A DNA stretch of 60,319 nucleotides, counting the filler. It is 4 parts of 4 records of this genome, joined end to end, with 100 filler letters (N's around TTAATTAATTAA, not from the genome) between each part and the next. Parts side by side here need not be neighbours in the genome. Positions count along the whole stretch, not along the records: positions 15,301 to 40,412 come from DRR378314_2646; positions 40,513 to 50,202 come from DRR378314_2647; 2 more parts are not named here. The stretch is one strand, 5' to 3'. Below, piece after piece: positions 34,401 to 42,753 of this stretch; position 1 is the first letter of the stretch, and the number at the start of each line of letters is the position of its first letter. The notes beneath the pieces are model-generated. The model saw only the letters and a program-made list of their open reading frames with translations. It had not been told where the DNA came from and did no database searches. A program made the translations under genes and the position numbers.

Positions 34401-34732
34401 AGTTCCAATTTGTACCATTCCCGATTCAAGTTCAAAAAAGTCCTGTCAATAGCATCGTGTGCCACGATTTTGATGGGGACGGCATCAACGACTTATTATT
34501 GGCGGGCAATAACTATATGTCAGAAATAGAGACCACTAGGGCCGATGCGGGAATTGGCTCCTTACTATTGGGCAAAACAGATGGTTCGTTTTCGTATGTG
34601 GAGAACCATAAAACTGGATTTTATGCCACCAATGATGTCAGAAACATGCTGCTTTTCAATAATAGAGATAGCCAATTGATCCTGGTCGGAAACAATAATG
34701 CCAAGTACCAGCTTTTAAAGAAAATTAAATAA
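31415..34732 (+). CDS. VCBS/FG-GAP repeat (CRTAC1/ASPIC-UnbV-like) lipoprotein
   Basis: Lipobox LASC, many DxDxDGxxD repeats, and an ASPIC-like segment GYMSSMSNTLHFGL. Confidence 0.9.
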   Translation: MNRVLFYSAMLVGLLASCKKAADHLPAKELFTSVPADVSGLEFQNRILESEQLHYYKYQYIYIGGGVAAADFNNDGLEDLFFTSNVYPNKLFLNKGGFKFEDITQSSGIENRVGFDTGVSTVDVNNDGYIDIYINRAGWYNGDEKLANLLYINNGDLTFTERAKEFGIADTNRSISSTFFDYDRDGDLDLYVCNAPADFSLSGALLDLNQLADDPKKIENAKSSDRLFRNNGPKGFEDVTQSANILPDLAFGLHAQVCDLNNDGWPDLYVSNDFIMPDFAYINNGDGTFTDKKDELFKHIPYYSMGGDFADVNNDGLGDLFVADMSPEDYVRSKTTMSMMSIERFNTMTKNGYHHQYMHNMLQINNGSEVPFSEVSNMAGTAKTDWSWAALFADFDLDGYNDLYVTNGIYRDVTHRDANDKINAYIKRNRNNLTEKDFYDFTQQLPQEKLNNYFFKNQGNLTFTKATEDWGSLPPTFSNGAVYVDLDNDGDLDVVTNNIDENATLLRNNATQMGKGNFLAVRLQGQPSNHFGVGAKVNIYFKNGEQQTRQLINSRGYMSSMSNTLHFGLSDNTDIQQVEVIWSDGNIQTQSDVESNQLLIVSYNKEPGKERDNRMEKSEWFSELPFEYVHSEIEFDDFEKQLLLPHKLSQLGPAMAKADLNNDGMDDLFLGGANGQSATLLKATMDGGFVKVNIPDFIKDKGSEDVGATFFDADNDGDLDLYVVSGSYEFEEASDELRDRLYINQGDFQFVMENNRLPNLKIAGSVVVAADYDQDGDVDLFVGGRVIPGKYPYAPKSTLLVNEGGYFKDRTSTLAPELENIGMVNSAQWTDINQNGQMDLIVTGEWMGIEVLLNDNGQLSKDTGYQTLSEQTGWWNRVLVQDIDGDGDQDIIAGNLGLNYKFHASKEKPFHVYVNDFDDNGVEDIMLAKPLDSRLVPVRGKNCTSQQMPYLKQRVDTYKDFATSNIEEILGDNFDSATHKQVVEFRSGYFLNNGGQFQFVPFPIQVQKSPVNSIVCHDFDGDGINDLLLAGNNYMSEIETTRADAGIGSLLLGKTDGSFSYVENHKTGFYATNDVRNMLLFNNRDSQLILVGNNNAKYQLLKKIK

Positions 34733-34759
34733 CAGAAAAACCAATAAAACTATAAACGT

Positions 34760-35878
34760 ATGAAAGGAAAGATAATTTTTGGATGCGCCTTGATGGCATT
34801 ATTATTCAGTATGATTTTGGTTTCGTGTGACCCAGATCAAACATTTTATAACCCAGATGAAGTTCCATTGATCGATGAGCTCCAAGAACAAGCGGAGGAG
34901 GAACCAGAAGAAGAACCTGAGGAAGAACCTGAAGAGGAACCTGAGGAAGAGAACAGCGGGGAACCGACAGGAGAACTGGCCGATACCTCTGGTTGGTCCA
35001 TTGCAGGTTTTAGCAGTGAGGAAACCAGCGGCGGCGAAGATACCGGATTGGCAGATGCCATCATCGACGGCAATATCGAGACCTATTGGCATTCTTGCTA
35101 TTCAGGAGATTGCGGGGATGCAGAACACCCACATACGCTGACCGTGGATATGGGAGCAATCTATGATATGGGAGGTTTGGAATTGGTGCAAAGACAATCA
35201 GGTTCTAGGCAAGTGAACGAGTTTGATGTTGAGGTAAGCTTGGACAATGAAACCTTCACCCCAGTAGGTAGTTTTACGTTGGAGGATGGCAATCTGGAGC
35301 CACAGGCCATCGGCTTTGAAGTTGCTTCCGCCCAATATTTTAAAATTATCATCAATTCTACACACGATGGCGATCGCTTTGCAGCCCTTGCCGAGGTAAA
35401 TGCATATGTTTCTGGAAATCCACAACCTTCCGGAACCTTGGTCGAAGACAGATCGGAATGGGTGATTGCAGCGGTTAGCTCGGAACAGGAGTCGGGTGAA
35501 ACTACTGGTCTCGCCACGGCAGTTTTGGACGGAGATGTAGAAACCTACTGGCATTCTTGCTACTCAGGTGATTGCGCTGATGCTGCCTATCCGCATCAAA
35601 TTACCATTGATATGGGGAGTGAAGTCAACCTATCCGGGCTACAATTTGCTCAAAGGCAAACACTATCCAGAGCCGTAAATGAAATTTCCATAGAAGTAAG
35701 TACAGATAACGAAACATTTACTTCCGTTGGGGAATTCATGTTGGAAGAGATTCCGGATTTACAAGCTATTGGCTTTTCTGCAACTACGTCAAGATATGTT
35801 AGGGTCATCATGAACTCTTCGTATGATACTGACCGGTTTGCTGCCATGGCGGAAATCAATGCCTATACCCAAGATTAA
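34760..35878 (+). CDS. Lipoprotein with two tandem F5/8 type C (CBM32-like) domains
   Basis: Lipobox LVSC, EEEP linker, and two copies of DG..ETYWHSCYSGDC...PH...DMG...DRFAA.AE. Confidence 0.8.
   Translation: MKGKIIFGCALMALLFSMILVSCDPDQTFYNPDEVPLIDELQEQAEEEPEEEPEEEPEEEPEEENSGEPTGELADTSGWSIAGFSSEETSGGEDTGLADAIIDGNIETYWHSCYSGDCGDAEHPHTLTVDMGAIYDMGGLELVQRQSGSRQVNEFDVEVSLDNETFTPVGSFTLEDGNLEPQAIGFEVASAQYFKIIINSTHDGDRFAALAEVNAYVSGNPQPSGTLVEDRSEWVIAAVSSEQESGETTGLATAVLDGDVETYWHSCYSGDCADAAYPHQITIDMGSEVNLSGLQFAQRQTLSRAVNEISIEVSTDNETFTSVGEFMLEEIPDLQAIGFSATTSRYVRVIMNSSYDTDRFAAMAEINAYTQD
34895..34951 (+). repeat. 12-bp tandem repeat encoding (EEEP)n linker
   Basis: GAGGAGGAACCA GAAGAAGAACCT GAGGAAGAACCT GAAGAGGAACCT GAGGAAGAG. 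Confidence 0.85.
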
Positions 35879-35884
35879 TGCGGA

Positions 35885-35922
35885 ACGGTTTGGAAAGTGG
35901 ATGTTGCCGGCTTCCAAACCGT
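35885..35922 (+). terminator. Intergenic stem-loop
   Basis: ACGGTTTGGAA/TTCCAAACCGT 11-bp stem between two PUL genes. Confidence 0.45.
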
Positions 35923-35958
35923 AACCCACAATTACCAAATAAAGTTTAAAAATTTAGT

Positions 35959-37773
35959 ATGAAAGGAAAAATGAACTTGTTATTACTACTGTTGTTCAGT
36001 GTCAGTACAAGCCTCATTTCTTGTGACTCCTCATCGAACGATGTGGATAACGGACAGGGTGGGGAAAATGAAGAACAATCGACAGATTTGGATCTGTCAA
36101 TAACCATTCCTGCAGGCCCCAACAGTTGGGTAATCAACAGTACAGTAAAGGATAGGGATATGATTTCTGAGGAGGGCATACACAATTGGACCTCCAACTC
36201 CGACGTGGTGCGCATCTACTTCCATTTGGAAAATTCGGGTGAACTGCACTTGGGCCTGAACGCAAAATCACCGGATGGTCTTTCCAAAATAAAAGCAACG
36301 GTTGGGGACGAATCGAAAGAAGTTACCCTAACACCCACAGATTATGACACCGTAGAAATAGGCTCTTTTGAAGTTCCAGCAGGATATAACTATGTGGAAC
36401 TTCAAGGTTTGGAAAAAACAGGTTCCCAAATTGGGGATATCAATGATATCCTGCTTGGAGGCCCTGCATCGGCAGGTACTATAACTTCAGTGCCCTTGTC
36501 CAATGCCTATTTTGGTAGGAGGGGACCTTCGGTAAATATTGGATACGATACCCCCGATGGCAAAGAAGTGGAATACTTCTACAATGAGGTCACGGTACCG
36601 GAAGGTGAGGATATTGTGGGCTCTTTCTTTATGGCCAACGGTCATTCGCAGGGCTACTTTGGTATTCAGGTCAATTCCGAAACCGAGAGAAGGGTGCTGT
36701 TTTCCATCTGGAGTGCCTTTACTACGGATGACCCCAACCAAATACCTGAAGATTACAAGGTGACCAACCTTGGTAACGGTGCAGGGGTTACCGTACAGGA
36801 TTTTGGAAATGAGGGCTCTGGAAAGCAATCTTTCAAATTGGTGGATTGGAAAACCGATGTTACCTATAAGTTTTTGCTCAAAGCTGTGCCCAGCGAGAAC
36901 AATTCGACCGATTACACCGCTTGGTTTATGGATCCCGAAGTAGGGCAGTGGGAACTTATAGCCAGTCTTAGAAGACCAAAAACCTCTACCTACCTTACTG
37001 GGTTGTATTCTTTTTTGGAAAATTTCAATCCAAGTACGGGACATTTACAGCGGGAGGCTAAATATGGAAACCAATGGGCGTATACCACGGATAACGAATG
37101 GAATGGAATTACATCGGGTAGTTTTAGGTACGATGCCACTGCCGATAATGGAGATCGCCTAGATTATGCAGGCGAGGTTTCCGGTGATGCATTTGTATTG
37201 CGAAACTGTGGGTTTTTCAATGAGAATACAACATATGGAGTGACCTTGAGCAGAGACGGTTCAAGTACACCTCCTGCCATTGATTTTGAAGCATTGCCGC
37301 AACCAACGCCCCCAGCACCTCCGGTTTCAGTTATTTCTTTGGATAGGAACGGTTGGACCGTGACCGCTGAATCAGAGGAAACCAGTGGTGAAGGTGGTAC
37401 AGGCTTGGCTGCCGATCTATTGGATGGGGATGATACTACCTATTGGCATTCTTGTTGGACTTGCTCCCCTGGAGCAGCATACCCTCATGAAATCCTCATT
37501 GATATGCAATCCGAGGAATATGTGGAAGGAGTGGCCTTTAAACAACGTACTTCTCTTTCAAGGGCAGTGGAGGAGATCGAGCTTTTGACCAGTTCCGATA
37601 ATAACACTTTTGAAAGTGCAGGAACCTTTCAACTAGAAAACGAAGCGGGCCAGCAGCTGGTAGAAATTCCAGAAGGTAAAACCTTTAGATATCTCAAAGT
37701 TATCATGAAATCGGCCCATGATGGCCAACAGTTTGCGGCAATGTCGGAGATTGCCCCTTTTGTATTTGAATAA
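35959..37773 (+). CDS. Lipoprotein, DUF5077/DUF3472-like domains plus C-terminal F5/8 type C domain
   Basis: Lipobox LISC; YFGRRGPSV, YFYNEVTVPEGED, GYFGIQVNSETERRVLFSIWS and YSFLENF motifs; C-terminal discoidin domain. Confidence 0.75.
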   Translation: MKGKMNLLLLLLFSVSTSLISCDSSSNDVDNGQGGENEEQSTDLDLSITIPAGPNSWVINSTVKDRDMISEEGIHNWTSNSDVVRIYFHLENSGELHLGLNAKSPDGLSKIKATVGDESKEVTLTPTDYDTVEIGSFEVPAGYNYVELQGLEKTGSQIGDINDILLGGPASAGTITSVPLSNAYFGRRGPSVNIGYDTPDGKEVEYFYNEVTVPEGEDIVGSFFMANGHSQGYFGIQVNSETERRVLFSIWSAFTTDDPNQIPEDYKVTNLGNGAGVTVQDFGNEGSGKQSFKLVDWKTDVTYKFLLKAVPSENNSTDYTAWFMDPEVGQWELIASLRRPKTSTYLTGLYSFLENFNPSTGHLQREAKYGNQWAYTTDNEWNGITSGSFRYDATADNGDRLDYAGEVSGDAFVLRNCGFFNENTTYGVTLSRDGSSTPPAIDFEALPQPTPPAPPVSVISLDRNGWTVTAESEETSGEGGTGLAADLLDGDDTTYWHSCWTCSPGAAYPHEILIDMQSEEYVEGVAFKQRTSLSRAVEEIELLTSSDNNTFESAGTFQLENEAGQQLVEIPEGKTFRYLKVIMKSAHDGQQFAAMSEIAPFVFE

Positions 37774-37821
37774 ACGAAAATGAGGCGTCCATAGAATGCC
37801 AATTAAATAGAAAATCAAAAA

Positions 37822-39186
37822 ATGAATCAAAGAAGAAAATTTTTGCAAAAAACAGCTCTTGCCGGAACAGGAATGGTAATGGCACCAAATTTAACCTTTT
37901 CCCATAGCGTGAACCCGTTTAAGGAAAACCTTAAGGTGGCCTTGATAGGGGTCGGTCTGCGGGGAACCAATCACTTGAACAATCTATTGTTGCGTGACGA
38001 TGTTGACATCGTGGCAATCTGTGACATAGATTCAGCAAGGATTCAATTGGCAGAAAAGGCCATTGAAAAGGCTGGGAAAGCAAAGGCGGAAATCTTCGGC
38101 AAGGACGCATATGATTATCGTAACCTTTTGGAGCTAAAGAAAGTGGATGCCGTTGTGATTTCCACACCATGGCTTTGGCACACCCGAATGGCTGTGGATG
38201 CCATGCGCGCCGGTAAGTTTACGGGTCTTGAAGTCTCTGCCGCCAATACTTTGGAAGAATGTTGGGATTTGGTCAATACCCATGAGGATACGGGAACCCA
38301 TTTAATGATTATGGAAAATGTAAATTATCGTAGGGATGTTTTGGCGGTGCTCAATATGGTACGCGAAAATATCTTCGGCGAACTGCTACATTTTAGATGT
38401 GGTTATCAGCACGACCTTAGGCATGTAATGTTCAATGATGGCAAAACTGCCTATGGCAAGGGAGCAGAATTTGGGGACAAAGGTATTTCTGAGGCAAAAT
38501 GGAGAACGAGACACTCGGTCCATCGCAACGCAGATGTTTACCCGACCCATGGTCTGGGTCCTATTGCGGCCATGACGGACATCAACAGGGGCAATCGTTT
38601 TATGTCATTGACATCCCACGCTACAAAAGCGGTAGGCTTGCACAATTATGTAGTGGAGACTGGAGGCGAGGACCATCCCAATGCAAAAATAAAGTTCAAG
38701 CAAGGCGATGTGATTACATCGACCATTGATACTGCCAATGGAGAAACCATATTGGTTACCCATAACGTGAACACGCCAAGGCCCTACTCCTTGGATTTCA
38801 GGGTACAGGGAGCCAAAGGAGTTACAGATTTTGATTACCATACCAGACGTATCCATGTTGAGGGAATCACCAAAGGACATGGATGGGAAGACCTTGACCC
38901 ATGGTTGGAAAAGTATGACCACCCCCTTTGGAAAAAATATGGGGAATATGCCACCAATGCCGGTCATGGCGGGATAGACTTTTTTGTGATGAACGCATTT
39001 GTGGAATCCGCAAAGCAGAACATAGCTCCACCCATGGATGCCTATGATGCTGCAGCTTGGAGTGCCGTGACCCCGTTGTCCGAGCTTTCCATAGAAAACA
39101 ATGGAGAACCACAAGATTTTCCTGACTTTACCAGAGGTAAATGGGTGAAAAGAGAGGCGTATAATTGGATCAAGGAAACTTATTAG
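37822..39186 (+). CDS. GH109 NAD+-dependent alpha-N-acetylgalactosaminidase (Gfo/Idh/MocA fold), Tat-exported
   Basis: Tat motif RRKFLQK, Rossmann IGVGLRG, STPWLWH, YQHDLR, YPTHGLGP and GHGGIDF motifs. Confidence 0.88.
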   Translation: MNQRRKFLQKTALAGTGMVMAPNLTFSHSVNPFKENLKVALIGVGLRGTNHLNNLLLRDDVDIVAICDIDSARIQLAEKAIEKAGKAKAEIFGKDAYDYRNLLELKKVDAVVISTPWLWHTRMAVDAMRAGKFTGLEVSAANTLEECWDLVNTHEDTGTHLMIMENVNYRRDVLAVLNMVRENIFGELLHFRCGYQHDLRHVMFNDGKTAYGKGAEFGDKGISEAKWRTRHSVHRNADVYPTHGLGPIAAMTDINRGNRFMSLTSHATKAVGLHNYVVETGGEDHPNAKIKFKQGDVITSTIDTANGETILVTHNVNTPRPYSLDFRVQGAKGVTDFDYHTRRIHVEGITKGHGWEDLDPWLEKYDHPLWKKYGEYATNAGHGGIDFFVMNAFVESAKQNIAPPMDAYDAAAWSAVTPLSELSIENNGEPQDFPDFTRGKWVKREAYNWIKETY

Positions 39187-39275
39187 TTTGTTAGTTGTTG
39201 GAACTGATGCTGTATGGTCATGGATACTGGTATGGCTGATGCAGCATCAGGTTTCTTAATACAAATTCTGGAAAC

Positions 39276-40229
39276 ATGGCAGAAGAAAATGTGTTGATTA
39301 CAGGTGCGGGCGGACAATTGGGTGTTGAACTTGCCCTGGAACTTGTGAAAACTTATGGATCAGAGGCCGTTATTGCTACAGACATTAATTTATTGGCCCA
39401 GAAAAGCTTGGACTTTTGCCGATTTAAAGAGTTGGATGTGCTGGACCTGGGAAAACTTGAAGAGCTTATTGTTAAAAACAACATCACCCAGGTGTATCAT
39501 TTGGCCGCAATTTTATCGGCAAATGGGGAAGCTCGTCCTATGCGAACCTGGAACATTAATATGCAAAGTCTGTTCAATGTACTTGAAATGGCCAAGAAAT
39601 ATGGATACAAGATATTTTGGCCTTCTTCCATAGCTGTTTTTGGCTTGGGCTCACCGCAGTTTGCAACGCCCCAAAATCCACCGATGGTTCCCGAAACCAT
39701 ATATGGTATTTCCAAACAGTCGGGAGAAAATTGGTGCAACTATTACGCATCCAAATATGGGGTGGATGTGAGAAGTGTTAGATACCCTGGTTTAATAGGA
39801 TATAAGACCTTGCCCGGAGGCGGTACCACGGATTATGCCGTTGATATTTTTCATAAGGCATTACAAGAGGAGCATTTCGAGTGTTATCTAACGGAAGAAA
39901 CAGAGCTGCCCATGATGTATATGCCCGATGCGGTCAAGGCGGCCATTTCAATTATGGATGTTCCCAAGGATAAGTTGCGGATTCGAACAGCTTATAATAT
40001 TTCAGGGATGAGTTTTACACCTGACGAAATCTATCAAGAAATCAAAAAATCCTATCCCGATTTTACCATTTCGTATGAGCCAGACCATCGTCAAGATATA
40101 GCCAATAGTTGGCCAAGGACCATAGATGATACCAGGGCAAAGATGGATTGGGACTGGAAACCGTCATTCAATTTGGAAGCCATGGTTTTGGATATGCTGG
40201 CACACTTGCCAAAGACTGTGGTACATTGA
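39276..40229 (+). CDS. SDR-type L-threonine 3-dehydrogenase (NAD-dependent epimerase/dehydratase family)
   Basis: ITGAGGQLG, YHLAAILSA, PSSIAVFG, YGISK, PGGGTTDYAV and LPMMYMPDA motifs typical of this enzyme. Confidence 0.8.
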   Translation: MAEENVLITGAGGQLGVELALELVKTYGSEAVIATDINLLAQKSLDFCRFKELDVLDLGKLEELIVKNNITQVYHLAAILSANGEARPMRTWNINMQSLFNVLEMAKKYGYKIFWPSSIAVFGLGSPQFATPQNPPMVPETIYGISKQSGENWCNYYASKYGVDVRSVRYPGLIGYKTLPGGGTTDYAVDIFHKALQEEHFECYLTEETELPMMYMPDAVKAAISIMDVPKDKLRIRTAYNISGMSFTPDEIYQEIKKSYPDFTISYEPDHRQDIANSWPRTIDDTRAKMDWDWKPSFNLEAMVLDMLAHLPKTVVH

Positions 40230-40346
40230 GGGTTTTGGCCAGTATCGCGAATGTTGATGTATCAAGGGGCAAATAGAGCGGGAAAAACATAGAAGAAAAC
40301 GTAAGTATTGATAAAAATTAAAATATTGACCTTAGGAGAACTGAAC

Positions 40347-40412
40347 ATGAAAATGATAGTTTACTTGTTAACCGTACTCATGTTTTTCGGCTGTAAGGAA
40401 GAAGGTCGCAAA
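40347..40412 (+). CDS. Partial lipoprotein, truncated by contig end
   Basis: MKMIVYLLTVLMFFGCKEEG..., a signal peptide with a Cys, running into the N linker. Confidence 0.5.
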
Positions 40413-40512
40413 NNNNNNNNNNNNNNNNNNNNNNNNNNNNNNNNNNNNNNNNNNNNTTAATTAATTAANNNNNNNNNNNNNNNNNNNNNNNNNNNNNNNN
40501 NNNNNNNNNNNN
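40413..40512. other. Artificial contig linker
   Basis: N-run, TTAATTAATTAA, N-run. Confidence 0.99.
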
Positions 40513-40549
40513 CGCAGGGGGTCGCGGGTTCGAGTCCCGTCCAGACCGC
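40513..40549 (+). tRNA. 3' half of tRNA, most likely tRNA-Asp(GTC); truncated by contig start
   Basis: CGCAGGGGGTCGCGGGTTCGAGTCCCGTCCAGACCGC comprises the 3' anticodon stem, variable loop, T-arm (GGTTCGAGTCCC) and acceptor strand, and is typical of bacterial tRNA-Asp. The anticodon itself is not in the contig. Confidence 0.8.
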
Positions 40550-40574
40550 TGGAATTCGTTCAAGAATTCGCAAT

Positions 40575-40607
40575 AAGCCTGTAAATCAAGTATTTACAGG
40601 CTTTTTT
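40575..40607 (+). terminator. Hairpin plus T-tract downstream of tRNA/att site
   Basis: AAGCCTGTAAAT-CAAGT-ATTTACAGGCTT followed by TTTT. Confidence 0.65.
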
Positions 40608-40650
40608 GTTTTTTTTGATATCAAATAATACCATATAAAACCAATAAAAA

Positions 40651-40670
40651 GGTGACTCTCACGGTGCCTC
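40651..40670 (+). promoter_or_regulatory. Putative integrase arm-type binding sites (left end)
   Basis: AAAA-GGTGACTCTCAC-GGTGCC here and AAAA-GGTGAGCAGGAC-GGTGAG at 50101-50120 have the same 12-bp spacing. Further GGTGAC/GTCACC copies lie at about 40690 and 40765-40788. Confidence 0.5.
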
Positions 40671-40789
40671 TGAACACTCCTTTGAAAGAGTCACCGCCAT
40701 CGCTGTAATTGACTGTTAAAGAAATCTTTACGAAGAAATTTTAACATTTGGTTTTACTACCTTCCGGTGACTATTTTAAAGTGTCACCA

Positions 40790-42046
40790 ATGTCTGGAAC
40801 CATCAACATCCTATTTTACCCAAAAAAAAGAGAATCCGATACAGACGGAAAAGTAACTGTTTATTGTAGAGTAACCGTTAATTCAAGACGTGCCGAATTC
40901 AGCCTTAGGCGTTCTGTGGATGAACAAAGATGGGACTCCCATAGTGGACGATTAAGAGGAACAGGCATTGAAGTATCCAAGTTCAACAGATTTCTGGATA
41001 CCGTCAAAAACCGTTGCTTTGAAATATATGATACCCTGCTCAGGGAACATCAGGATATTTCAGCTTCCATCATAAAGAACATTTATCTGGGAAAGGAAGG
41101 TAAGGAATGGATGGTATTGGAAATCTTTCAGGATCACAATGATGAAATGGAGAGCCTGATCGGGAAAGGATTTACCAAAGGGACCTTGCAGCGGTACAAT
41201 GCGGCCAAAAAACACGTATCAGATTATGTAAAACATACCTATCACCGGAACGATATACCTGTAAAAAAAGTTGACCACAAGTTTATCACCGGGTTGGAGC
41301 ATTTCTTGAAATCCAAAAAGAACTGCGACCACAATACCGCCGTTAAATATATTGTCAACTTCAAGAAAATCATTCGGATTGCCTATGCCAACCAATGGAT
41401 AAACAGAGACCCCTTCTTTCATTGGAAGGCCACTTGGAAAACCAAAGAGAAGCAATTTCTAACCCAAGCTGAGCTTGATACATTGCGAAGCAAAGAATCA
41501 TTTTTACCTCGTCTTGATTTGGTGAGGGATATTTTTGTCTTCTGTTGCTATACAGGTTTGGCTTATTCCGATGTGAAACAATTGAAACAAGGCGATATTA
41601 TAATCGGTGTTAACGGAGAAAGATGGATTAAAATGGCCAGAAAGAAAACTGGGTCCATAAGCAGCATCCCCCTGCTCCCAGTTGCGGAATCCATTATAGA
41701 AAAATACAACGAGCATCCTTATGTGTTGGATGGCAAAGGTGTTTTACCTGTACTCACCAATCAGAAATCAAATTCATATTTAAAAGAAATAGCTGATGTT
41801 TGTGGCATCCGTAAAAACCTAACAACCCACTTGGCCAGACATACCTTTGCCACAACCGTAACTTTGTCAAACGGTGTATCCATTGCCTCAGTGAGCAAAA
41901 TGTTGGGACATCGTTCCTTAAAGACCACTCAGATTTATGCCAAAGTTCTTGATACCAAAATTGCTGATGAAATGGATTTACTAAAAGAACGGTTAAAAGA
42001 GAAAGAGAGTCAAAAACCAGAGAATAAAACTCCATCCAAAACGTAA
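40790..42046 (+). CDS. Bacteroidetes-type site-specific tyrosine integrase (arm-binding + SAM-like + catalytic domains)
   Basis: N-terminal VYCRVTVNSRRAEFS, FCCYTGLAYSDV, HLARHTFATT, VSKMLGH and TTQIYA motifs; ATG 40790. Confidence 0.93.
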   Translation: MSGTINILFYPKKRESDTDGKVTVYCRVTVNSRRAEFSLRRSVDEQRWDSHSGRLRGTGIEVSKFNRFLDTVKNRCFEIYDTLLREHQDISASIIKNIYLGKEGKEWMVLEIFQDHNDEMESLIGKGFTKGTLQRYNAAKKHVSDYVKHTYHRNDIPVKKVDHKFITGLEHFLKSKKNCDHNTAVKYIVNFKKIIRIAYANQWINRDPFFHWKATWKTKEKQFLTQAELDTLRSKESFLPRLDLVRDIFVFCCYTGLAYSDVKQLKQGDIIIGVNGERWIKMARKKTGSISSIPLLPVAESIIEKYNEHPYVLDGKGVLPVLTNQKSNSYLKEIADVCGIRKNLTTHLARHTFATTVTLSNGVSIASVSKMLGHRSLKTTQIYAKVLDTKIADEMDLLKERLKEKESQKPENKTPSKT

Positions 42047-42648
42047 TCAAGTCCCAAACTTACCCCAAAACTTTGCGCTTGGATCCTGTTCCAATTTTAT
42101 AGCATTCGGGAAGATAAGCGTAAAGTAAAATTGGAATAGGGCGCACAACCTATTTTATATAATACATTGAGATGTTCCGGAAGTGGGCAAATCTCGGGAT
42201 ACGGAGTAGGCCGAGTTTGAATAGCGAGAGGGTAGCACGCCAAGGCGGTGCTACGTATTCAAATTTCGGCCCAAAGGGCCAGTGGAATCAAGTTTTTTTA
42301 TAATAAACCCTAATGATCAAACATCGATTTTTGCTGTAAAACCTCTGGAAACCCTTAAAAATACTAAAAAGATTTACTGTAAAAATTTGAGAACATTGAT
42401 TGGAACAGAGGTTTCTTTTGACCGTTCCGGATGGATGGACATGCCATTGATTCCTTTCAAGAAAATGGGTCAAATCCTATTAAATGCCATATAGACAGGA
42501 GAAAATATGGACCAGTTTTGGCTGGAGTATTGTCGTTTGCCTCGCTCAGTAAGGTTAGTTTGGCAAGATTTGGGGCTTGCAGCACTCCACTTCGTTGCGT
42601 TTGCTTTAGTATTGATTTCAGATTTATGATCAGGGTTTTTAAAGGCAC

Positions 42649-42731
42649 CGTTTTATTGAACTTTCAACCATAAACAAGTTCACTGATAATAAGGAGTTTA
42701 CTTTTTCCGTACACTTAAATAGTTTACCTTA
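42649..42731. promoter_or_regulatory. Putative res site upstream of the serine resolvase
   Basis: CGTTTTATTGAACTTT (42649-42664; reverse complement AAAGTTCAATAAAACG, 14/16 to the array motif). It is followed by imperfect dyads AAGTTCAC...GTTTACTT and GTACAC...GTTTAC just before the resolvase ATG. Confidence 0.55.
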
Positions 42732-42753
42732 TATACCCTTTTTTGCCCCTAAG

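Noticed and set aside
40790-42046. Integron integrase (IntI) or inactive integrase because TGLAY lacks the first catalytic Arg
   Set aside because: The domain layout, position next to the tRNA and att repeats fit an island integrase. Substitution of this Arg is common in Bacteroidetes integrases, and the other catalytic motifs are intact.
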